This document shows, one piece after another, positions 28,001-40,000 of a stretch of 64,000 nt of DNA. Position 1 is the first letter of the stretch. Each line of letters begins with the position of its first letter. The notes beneath the pieces are model-generated. The model did no database searches, had not been told where the DNA came from, and was given only the letters and a program-made list of their open reading frames with translations. Made by a program: the position numbers and the translations under genes. Source of the DNA: Antedon mediterranea (Eukaryota > Animalia > Echinodermata); assembly GCF_964355755.1 (NCBI RefSeq), contig NC_092679.1:14801432-14865431 (forward strand), written 5' to 3'.

Positions 28001-31000
28001 AATAAAACCTCAATGAAATTCTAAATCTAATCCATTGTTTGAAAGTTTACATGGTATTAAAAGAATGCTAGCAGTAACCACACTACATGTAATTGAATAA
28101 AGAACATCATCTACATCATTTTAAAATCAATAATTGTATAAAAAATCATGAAATGTTATCATTATTAACATTAATCTTAGGATAAATTGTCAAGGGCAAT
28201 GAGTTACCCCACAGTTAAGTGTACTGGAAAATCCTAGGTATAAGGCACTAAACAATTATCCTATAGTACCCATCACAGTAACTATTACAAAACAACAATT
28301 TAAATACACAGTGAAAAACACTTAAAAAGAGGTCTTACATGGCAAATTAATAGGACACATGATACAGTTCACTGAGCAGACATAAGGGGGGTAATGTGGC
28401 TGGTAATGCATTACAGCATGGGAATTAACAACAGCCAAGGGCAATAAGGCAACAAGGGAAAAGTGAGATCATAAGGTTAAACAGGGTTACAACATGTCTG
28501 TCTGACCATGTCTGACTGGCTACAGAAAATTACAAATTTAATGCAAGGAGATCACTATGAAGATATAAAAGAAAAGTTACTATCTAAGGGAATAAAAAAA
28601 CTTTAATTAAGATTGACATGGCTATTTATTTTTATTCAATTGAGTAACTCAAAAATAAATTGGCCGTTGAAAATAGAACCAGTTTACTGTACACATATGT
28701 TTGCAATCCATAATACACAAATTAGTATTACAATAATGTCATTGAAATCTAAAACTATCTGGTATTTATAATTTAATAGGAAATTATTGAAATAAAGTTT
28801 TAGTTTTTCAAAAATTTTAATTGTATACTCTATAAATAACCATAAAAAAATGTAAAATAGTTAGACAACAACAAATACTGTATATTATTGTTCTTGGTCC
28901 TTTCCATAAAAATGATTGTTGATTAAATGTAACAAGTGCCAGGGCATCATTTATAAGGAGCGCCTGCGCGACCGCGCTCCTCCGCGCTCCTCAACAGGCT
29001 TCGAGGAGAGCAATTTATCGCGCTCCTTAATTTTCAAAATAGAGCCTAGCTTTTGACAGTGTTGATTTTTCTGTCAAGAGGCCTAAAAACACGTGGATTT
29101 TAAAAGTTAAAACCAATCTAGGCCTAGGCTAATATATAAGCTAAGTTATAAAGCTACAAGCCTAATGGCAGTCCCTCGTTTTTAAGGATCGCGATCGCAA
29201 TCAACAACCTTCGAAAAGGAGAGCAATTCATCGCGCTCCAGTGCGAGGTACCAACAAAGGGGATTCCCCTGCCTGCGCGCATTCAAGGGCGAGTTTACTT
29301 CATCGCCTCATAGTGCAACCAGTACGGTGTCATAGAAACAGCTCCTTTACAGGAAGATCATGTCCCAACCAATAATTTTTCCCTTTATGTTTTTATGGAA
29401 CGAGTTAATAAAATATATTTAATTTTAAAAGGAAACATTAATATAGGAGGCCTAAATATAATGTTTATTATTTTAAAAAGCTTAGCTGCTGGTTGCTTTA
29501 ATTATGTCATTTTGAAGATGGATTATTTCTTCGAAAGTTCTAACCAATTTTGGTCACTCAAATCCTCCTCAAAACACGTGCTGACGTGTGACGTCAGCAT
29601 CTTCTAGAAGCTCTCTCAGCCCTCCCCTATTGTGCGTGCGCCCATGTGTGACACATGTAAACACGATCAAATATCTTTCTTAATTATTTTAAAATGACAC
29701 TTTGTAACTTATTATCAATATTTTAATGGCTGTTGCATGTTAGAATTGTATAATTTATGAATTGCAGGTAAATACTTTTCAGGTTTTCTGTCTGATTTCT
29801 AGGCCAACAAGCTAGGCTAGAAAAGCTAGGCTAAAGGCATAGTTGGCCAGGACAGGATTCTCCAGGCTCCTGAAACCCAATCTACCCAGGCCATAAAAAA
29901 AAAATTGGCTTGAGTTTTTTTACTGTAGAATAATACGATCCCCACGGAAAATATTTTGTGAAGGTGGGTGTGGGGGATTTTAGGGGAGAGGTACAGTATA
30001 CATTTGTTGTGCCCGGCGGGGGGGGGGGGGGGGGTTATCCCCACCCCTGTCGGGCAAAAAAAATGTGTACAAAAAATTAATAATTGTAATTTTTTTACAT
30101 ATTTACATAAACATTTGAGGAGAGCGATTTAAAATTTTTTCAAGGAGAGCGAATTGCTCTCCTCGGTGATTTGAGGAGAGCGATTTGTTGCTCTCCTGGG
30201 TTTTGCATACGTGATGCCCTGAAGTGCACCATATTGTAGATTAAACAAAATCAATTATTCCTAAATACTAATGCAACAGGAGGTAAGTGAATTGCTCTAA
30301 TTCTAACATGGAATGTTTTAAAACATAATAAACATAATTTCATGATAAAAAACTAAAATGTTCACTAACATTCTAAAAATTGCAGTAGAATGTATCCTCT
30401 TTATTGGGACACCCCCTTTTCAGGGGACACTTTCCCACAAAATGAATGAGGTGCCATATGTTTTAACAATACAACCAACCTATTTAGGAGACACCTCTAT
30501 CAAAAGGGACAATTAAATAATGGAAAATATGTTTTCACTCTGCAGCCAATGTCTATTCAGGGGGTCACTTTGTGGGTCCCAAATAGGGATTCTAATAGGG
30601 ATTCTAATAGAGGTTCTAATAGGGATTCTAATAGGGGTTTTAATAGGGGTTCTAATAGGGGTTCTAATGTAGCATATGTTATACACATTTGATATGTACT
30701 GTATTTCCTTGAAATTATGTATTTGATTCATGTTATTTATCTACAACGGAAGGAGAATAGCTAGACTTCCTGTAATGGATGCCATACATGTATACTCAAT
30801 AAAAATGGGTTCAGACAGTGAGTTATAATTACTATTCCATGGGTTTATCACAAACTGATATTTGGATATACTATCACCATTTCAACATTTATAGTTAATT
30901 CTTAAAACAAGGGGATACTGTACAGTAGGCCTAGTCACTCTACCAGTCCATGGAGGATAACTCTATGACCAGTCATACCCCTGTGTGATTTTATCAGCAA

Positions 31001-34000
31001 GGAATAGCAAATTCTAGCATATTTATCTGGGTTACGGTTACAAAAAGGTTCCAGAATGGTTGCAATACCTACCTAGTGTCAACACCTACTGTATACCTAA
31101 ATTCTACACAAATAAAAAATGTAAACAATTATTTGAATGCTAACCAAAGCAGATTCTTACTGAAAATCAAAACATCAAAATACTGTTAATGTTGTGCAAC
31201 TTACATTATTAGTGGACGGAAGTAGTTTGCGTCTCTTTGGCGTAGTCATCTTTGAAATTCTATTCTAAACATCTACAAAACAACTTGTTATATTGACCAT
31301 TTCATAATAACTGATATTCGAGTTAATCTTTGTTGGTAATATTCTTCCAGTGAGCAAACATTTCTGTGACAACAGATTTCTTATCAAAGTCCAGGGCACA
31401 TATTGATTTATGTACACAACGCGATATGTTGAGCAACAATTGTGATAATGTAACAGATGAACAGTTGAAAATAGACAAAAACACGTACACACAAATCAAG
31501 GTGTTTATTTAAATGTCATAAGGCACTGAAAAAAATCCACTGAAATAGCTGCTACGAATCAACATAGAATATTCCAAAAATAATATTGAGGAAATAGTAG
31601 AAGATGTATCCAAAAATAAAGCGTGTCATCTATTTCTACTTCCACCTAAATACTGTAGTACTATGACACACACACACAGCAGACGAGCGTTAAATACTAC
31701 TACACTACACACACAAGTGGAGAATCCCACTATGCTTTGAATCTTTGAGGTCATTAAGATTATGCAAATCAAGTGAGTGATGACACATCCTGTTTTATGA
31801 TTGGCTGATGATTGTTCTGGTGTTTTGAATGGGTATTTAATTGTTGTTCATTTAATAGCTCAATCAAGCACGGTACGGGTGACACATGTGTACACATTTG
31901 TATTGTATTATTATGATTTTATATTGATTAAGTCAAAAGTGTGAAATTTCCCGAAGTGTAGAAAGTAATACTTAATTTTGCTTGTCATTAATTATTATCA
32001 ATTTGTTATTTATTAATATTAATGTTATACATTTTATAGTTAACATAGTAGCATTGTAATGTGGTTGTTAATAAATATTGTTTGTAGTTTAAGAGAACGC
32101 ACCTTTATGTTACAAAAGCCTATGTTTAATAAATGATTATTATTATACAATTTTAAAAAATACTACCATTTTAAGGACTAAAATATAATTAAAAGCAATC
32201 GGTCTTATTCCACATTCAATGCAATTTGATTTTGAACATCTAGATGTGCTATTTACTTTAAAACTAGCGACTTTAAAAATAGCACAGCATTTTCAATCAT
32301 GTTTAAAAATAGCAACTCTCCACTTAAAACTGAGGTGCTAATTATGTTATACTTTTGCCAAATGAATCACCTTTTAACACAAAATGTTAAAAATACAGTA
32401 ATTTTTTTTTTTCAAGGACTGAAATGAATTGTATTACAAATATATAAAAATTTGTTAAAATTGCTATAAAAATAGAAACATCTAATTTAACATTAAATTA
32501 AAATCAAAATTAAATATCGTACCATGAAATTAGAAAACATACATGAATAAAAAACCTCAAAACATTCACTTATTACATATCTAAAAAATTACTGGGGTAC
32601 CAAATTACACAAAAAAAAAGAGCTAGTGGTGCCTATTAATTATATCCACCATGGTGGGAACTGGAGACGACCTAAGTCTGCTGGTTTTACAATGAGGTAC
32701 TTCTAGAAGGCGGTTGACTCTGAGAGACCGAGCTGGCTTATGAAGAGGGGGAAACATTTCCCTAAACAGCTCGGATTTTAATAAGCCTTCCCCGAAAGAC
32801 AACACCAGTTTGTTTCTTCTCTCTACATACTAATAATGACCTTTTCACAGGTTGTTCTACATATCATATTTATTATTAGATAATTGTATTTAAAAATAAG
32901 GACTGAAAAGCTATTATGGTAAAAAAAACCATCAATGAATAACATATTAGTAGTACTGTATATTCATTCATTAATTAAATTCATTTGGAGTATTTGCTTA
33001 GAACTATCTACTTGGTAGAATATGCATACTGTACAGGTATATTATAAATTAATAAATTAATTATTAATCAACTCAATTAGAACCTCCTCATTTAATCAAC
33101 CATGTTAAACAGTAATTCTCAAATAATAGGTCCTATTTTGAACATCTCTTTCAAAATATTCTGCTGTTTATAGCAAAAATAAAGAAATGTCTTAAAACAT
33201 TTTCATATGTAATGGCTTCTCTTATATTAAACGGAAATTATATTCTTTTATTGATTGCACAAAATAGGAAATACTAAGGAAATTAAATTCAAACTAGTTG
33301 CCATTAATGTAATATTCATACTATTGTCGGCTTGGAGTTGTGTAACAGAAAAAATTATTGTATGTTATTGAATATACGAATATTAGTGGGTTTTTATATT
33401 TAAGAAATATTGTTTTTAAAATGCTTAAAAAAATAATAACGTCTTCTGATAAATTGTATACATTTATGGCTAAAAAGGTCAGCTGTCATGTTATGAATCT
33501 GTCAGGGGCAGAACCTACTTTACTTACTTAAAAATAATAATTCAAAAGCCTACCTGTTGTAGTTCAGCTTGCTGCTGCAGCATCTCCACATTAAAGCATG
33601 CCTCCTCAGGTGATAACAAGAAACTTGATGCAGCCTGGTTCTTTTCCATCCAATCTTGCATCACCTTGTATTCCTGCACGAGTCGCTCAGCATCGCGATT
33701 AGCACACAAGTTACCTTGTTTATCGCTCAAGTCTTGTTTCAATCTCTCCAGTTTATCTCGGAGCTCTGCTTCTTGCTCCAGTAACTGGTGGCCAAGAGGG
33801 ATGTCTTCTACAACAAGGGTGTCTTCGATGAAGGACTGGATGTCATCCAATTTCTGCAGTTTTCGACTAACTTCCAACAAACGATTCTATAATTTCATAA
33901 CATAATTAATTAGTCAAAGATAACATTTGTGCAATCAAAATGAAATATAATAAATAATATTCAAATTTAGTCCAGAAGTTACAAATATGTCACAGCATAC

Positions 34001-37000
34001 CATGGGTTGCTTTCAATATAGCATAGTCTTTAGATCATATCTTATGATATCGTATGGCTATGTCCTGATAAAACCTGTATTGTTAATATTTTTAAACACA
34101 TATTACTAGCAGCCCAGTCATGCCTAATCAGGGACTTTTTATTTATAGGTCCATGGCTACCTGCTAAAAATATTTTTTCACACTACTAACATCTATTTAT
34201 ATAAGTAATTGTATTATCCAAATTGTGATACTCACCTAAACTAAAATATATCATGAAAAGTAAATGTTACAATACTGAATTAAACATATTCACAAGCACT
34301 GCATAAAATGGAAGGGTATCCCCTGAGAATCTACAACAACAGTTTATTCTATTGAAATACAAATAGGATTTTAGCATTCATTCATTATTCATATTCTACT
34401 GGTATTTAATAGATTAATTGTTAAAAATTCAATCATTTGTTTATTAAGCTAGCTATTGTTAAGAGTGATCAGATCAGGTCATCTGTCATGCTCTGCTATC
34501 ATCCTTTTCAATTTATTTTTTTCTAAAGATTTAATACGATTTATTATAATAAATACTTTATGACTAGCTTGTTCATAATATACAATCCACTCTCCCAATA
34601 CCAGATTCTCTGAAAATCAGAAAGTCTCCCAAAACCAGATTATGTTAAGGTCCCAACTTCTCTTTAAACCATTAGAATTACCAGCATTTCTAGACAAATT
34701 AGACCATCCCAAGCATGTACAGAATATGGAGAGCTGAAAGAGTTGCTATCTAATTGAATGTGAACCAAACCATGAAAACCCCAGTGGTCTAATGATTAGG
34801 ACATCTGCATATCAAGCAGAAGGTTCCAGTTCTGAATCTTGGTGTAACTATCTATGTAACCTATCTTAACAATTTAATGTATCAGTTTTTTAATATTTTA
34901 GTATAGATAGTAAGTCAAAATCTCAAGTAGATTAATATCGTGTATTTCGCATCTCTCACCTGCATACACAATTCCAATTAGAAAAACAAAAAAATGCTAT
35001 AAATCTACTACACTGGCCCCCAAAACTTTATTGAATTAAAGGAAAACTATAAACTTTTCAGTAGATATGTGATCTTTTTCTGCTGCAACCTTGAATAAGC
35101 CATTGTACTTAATATATACACTTAATTAAGTACTGTATATACCTAGCTTAGAGCTAAATGACGGCTTGGCACGCAACAGGCATTTAGCAAATCACCACTT
35201 ACAGCAATCATGTTTTTATTCTATATTTCTCATTAATCGTATATGGCTAAGTAGTGATTTTACTTCAAAACTCCCTTTCATATCAAATAGAAATACATTG
35301 AGTTTGGTGTAATAAAGTACTTTCATCAATGCATTTGTCATACTGAAAATGAAGGAGATGAAATGATAGGTCTGCGATAAACACATGCTATCATACAATC
35401 ACTCAAAATGGGCGGAAAACTGAAATGTTCATCATTGAAATCAAGAGGAAGATACAAATCAATTTTTGACAGACTACTATTACAACAAATTAGTTCTCTC
35501 CTAATCCTGGATCCATCACTGTTTCCACTTTTCCCAGATTACTGGTAGTGGTAGGCATACAGTATTCTGTTTGGGGCAATGATGTTTATAGATGTGAAGT
35601 TCATATTTTGTCCTTGTAGATCTTTCCTGTTGCAATAATATTTTAATATTTCTAATTTGTCTTTTCTTTACACACCCAATAAGATCTTTAATTTAAAATA
35701 GTACTTAATATTTGGTAAATTAAATCTGAATTTACACATGACTTAAAAACAATATATTACTATTACAGAGGGCTCCCTTTGTAATTCTGTATAAAAGCTG
35801 CTTAGGCAAATTGTTGGTAGAAATTAATTCATGTTAACAAAAATTAATAATCTATGGCAGTGTAATTTATTTAAAGTACATGCTCAATTTGGTCACATTG
35901 TATGCATTGCATTTATGGTAATTGAGATTGTGATGGTGAGGAACTGCTGGTATATCTAGTATAAAGACACAGGAAAGATACATAGAAAAATTACTGTTTA
36001 TCGATTTTATATGCTGTGTCTGTTTCTCAATACTAACTACTGTAAAGCTCTGTCTACACTACCAAAAAATGTAAGGTGTCCATATATGGACATAATGATG
36101 TCATATTACTACTATATTTGGGCACATAGTGTAGACAGAGCTTAAGATACTTTCATTCTTACCTGGTTTTTGATGATTTCCTCCTGTATTCCAGATATAT
36201 CTGGTTCAAGTTCCTCTACTTCCTCTTCATCATTTTCAACATCAAGAGTGGTATTCAATTCTGATATCCAGTCATCAACATCTTGTAAGTCGGATTGACA
36301 TTCTTCGAGTTTACTAACATTCTCCTCATGTTCCTGATGCCTTGTCTACATAATAAATAAACACAAGATTTGTTATCAATAGTAAGATTACTTTTCCCAG
36401 AAACAAACTAGAACCTTCTGCAGGAACCAGAAAATTCCAAATTCACACCCCAAAACTAATAAATAAGTAGTAAATTAAACCACTCTTGTTGAGAAACTCC
36501 TTCCAGGTGACTTCAGAGTCTACAGCAAGAAATTATAAATATATATATAATTTAAAAATAAGAATGCTGACCTGATTGATAATTGTATTCTTATCAAACT
36601 GTCTTAGCATAAAAGGGTATAATTATACAGTAACAAAAAATCAATTCTAAGGAAATTAATAAATATAAATGAACTTGTTTGTTACCTCTGCATCGTAGCA
36701 AAGTCCTTTAGCATTCTGCTTAAGTCTTCCAACCTTCTCTTGCAGGAGATCCAATGACGACAGCATTGCTTCTCTACTATTGACATCGCCAGGTAACAAG
36801 ATACGCTCTCCTTTGTCATGTACTGTATCAATAGCCTTTTTGATGTCTTCCAATTCATCCAGAAGAATCTAGTAGAAGAGATTCATAAACAAAAATGATG
36901 ATACTCATGTCACTCTATAAATTAATTAATAGAAATTATAATATCTAAAAAAGAAGGTGGTCGAAAAAGTGCTTCAAGTAATTGGCAAAAAAAGGTCTTG

Positions 37001-40000
37001 CTTGTAATAACAGCTCTTGAGATCTTAATCCTTCATACAAAATGTAACCACCATTGTAACTGTGATTATATAGTGGATAAATGGGATCCAAAAGAATGGA
37101 CTAGCAGACGTATAATTGTGATGTAAAATCTTTTATCTGTACAGTATTCTCCACTGATCCCTTATCAACACACACACACACACACAATGTCTCTCTATTA
37201 ATGCCCTTTATAGAACAGTGATTTCTATTTAAATGGTTACAGTACATTAAGATGATAAGGCTTCTGGTGAATGGAGGATTGCATTCTAACATCGATAGGC
37301 AGTTCAGGCTTGAGGAAACACTCACCTTAACATGTTCAATCTTCTTGGGAAGATCATCAAGCTGTTCAATTGCTTTAAGGCTGGCTTCTGCTCTCTCCAT
37401 ATCATTGCTGACCTGTGACAATGCATCTTGGTACTCTATCTGACGTTTCAATGCATCTTTCAGTTGCCGTTGCTTCTCTTGCATCTAAAAATGATAAATA
37501 TGAAAAGACATGAAATACACAGAAAAGTTTAAAATGGAAAGTAATGAGTTGAAAGAAAATCATGTGGCATTAGAAGAGTGAGAAACAATAGAAAGTCGAT
37601 CAGCTGATCTACTTCTTCATATTGCCAACAAGAGATCACTCATTAATACAGTATATACTTTTGCAGGCATTTATTATATAACAAATTAAATAAATCTTAC
37701 TTTGTTCTGAAGATGAATCCATGATTTGTTAAGGTCTTCAACTTTCTTGTCATCATCAGCATCTGTAAAAGAGAGTGCTAATGGCTTGGGTTCCTCATCA
37801 AGATGCAGACCACTTGGAAGACTGACAGCTTTTACTGGACTCACATGTGAACCAATTGCAACTCTTGAACGTGGTGAAAGAACAAAAGAAAATGCATCTG
37901 GATCATGTGCAGACCTTAGTGATGAAGCAGAGTGCCAAGAAGATTGGGATTTACTGCGTGGAGGTGTTCCTTGGTTGCTGATTGGTTGTCTAGATAGAGA
38001 TAATGCTTGTGACATTGGGTAACTATCGATGAAGATTGGGGCATGAATATGACTTGTTCCATTTACTGCAGGTTTTTCATTCAGGTTCAAATCAGGAATA
38101 TCATCCTCATGTGGATGATGGTCTTGAACAGGTGGATTACGCCATTTGACACGATTACCTGAACCTTGTCTTCCTGATGGAGGCTTTTCTGATGAAACTC
38201 CATCAACCTCATCAAAAAGATCTCCAATAGGAACTTCAACTGGAGATACACATGTTCTGCTAACCCTTTCATCAATACCAGGACGTTGTGGTTTTTCATT
38301 GATGTCAGGATAATTTGGAATTGATTTAGAGTCAATTTCAAGATTCTTTAATTCCTCTTGCAGATCACACAGAGGTACATTCTCTCGAGGATCTACTGGG
38401 GAAAGTTTTTGAAGCACTGCCATATCATTAGAGTTAAACAACTTTGGTGTTGTTTCACCACCAACTGGTGATGGTGGGGGTGTTGGCGCATCTGGAAAGT
38501 TTAAAGCTATTGGCGTACTCTGGACATTTTGTTTTGAAATTTCATTTTCATTTATCATTTCCTCTTCTAAGGGTACAGTCACTGGTGGTACTCTACTCAC
38601 TGGATTAAGGTCCACAATTAAAGACTTCCAAATATGGACCTCTTCTTTTGGAACCAAAATCTCAAGAGCATTGTCAGTTTCATCTGGGACTTTCTTAATT
38701 TGCAATGCACGATGAATTAATCCAAGAGCAGAAAGTTCTGGTGATGCCCCAACTGGACTTTCCTCATCCCTCTCATCTCCAGAGTGTTCCAATTGGGGAC
38801 TTCCTGTTGGGGTGTAGAATCCAGGTGAGGATACACCACTGGCTGATGATGGCAATGAAATGGCATCACTTGATCCAGATAATTTACCATCAATATCATC
38901 CCCAGGAAGAGGATTTACAAAACGTCTACTGTGACCTGACAGAAGCAATTCTGGTAGTGTCTTGATTGATGTAAAACCAGGCAGTTTGTCTGATATGCCA
39001 TCAGTTGTCCAGCGTGTCATGTTAAGTGGTGAGAATTCTTCAGAAGGAAACTCTGCAGAGCTTCCAAGTCCACTTTCAAAGGCATCCTCCTCAGTCAGAT
39101 TTCTCTTATGCTTCTTTTGAGGGTCTACAAGCTCTCTTGCAACAGCCTCCAAGCATACTGTACCTTCCTCTTTCAGATCTTCAAACGGTAATCTAGGTTT
39201 AGATGCAAGACAAAAGGTATATTCTTCTTTTTCTCTTGGTCTTTCCATTGTATCTTCAACTCTTGATTTTGTTATGATTTCCGATGGAATTGGAGTAGAG
39301 TGTGATATTGGTTTAGGAGTCGGTTCTAATTTTTCTTTAGCTTTCCTGCGAGCTTCTTGTCGCTGATTAGCTTTCTGCTGTAACTCCTCCTTCTTTGTCT
39401 TAATATCATGAATTCCAATCTCAAATGACTGTAATTCTGATGACAATGCCTAAAGAAATCAAAGAATAGTGAAGATTTATATAATTATGATATTATTAAA
39501 TTAAAGCTAATGGGTATACATCTGTCTGAACAGCATCCATAATTAATAAAATATGTAATTCAGTTTTTAAAGGTGTTTGTATGTGGAGTATGAGGCCAAG
39601 ATTTGTTATCCATGAAAAAACAAATTTGCAGGAAATATTTCAGCACATAGGCGGATTCCTAATTTGAAAAAATAAAAAAAAAAATACAAAAGATAGAAGG
39701 TGAATTCAAGCTCTTCCTTTTAATGTTTAGATCCTGCTGAACCTCTAATTCCCAAATCCTTTATCTGCCACTGCTGCACAAGAGTCAGGCTAAGAAATAT
39801 GTGTTTATTCAACAAAAATTTCTTGAATAAAATAAAATGTGTATAGTAGACTCCTTGGAAATTAAATAATTTCCAATTTCATAATTTGATTTGTATAATT
39901 GACAAATTATGTCAGATCAAATATCAATCAGCGTACTTACATCATGTTGACTCAGTTGATGTTCTAAGCCTGGAATGTCATCAGCAGTAATTGGTGTAGA

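Noticed and set aside
30513-30731. ORF with IRIP repeats
   Set aside because: Translation of the 12-bp tandem repeat within a MITE.
34775-34848. Functional tRNA gene
   Set aside because: B box and acceptor stem are degenerate; kept only as a pseudogene/SINE head.
37686-39446. Independent nested gene or transposon ORF (586 aa)
   Set aside because: Bounded by phase-0 splice sites in frame with neighbouring exons, has spectrin-like ends, and shows no transposase or RT motifs.
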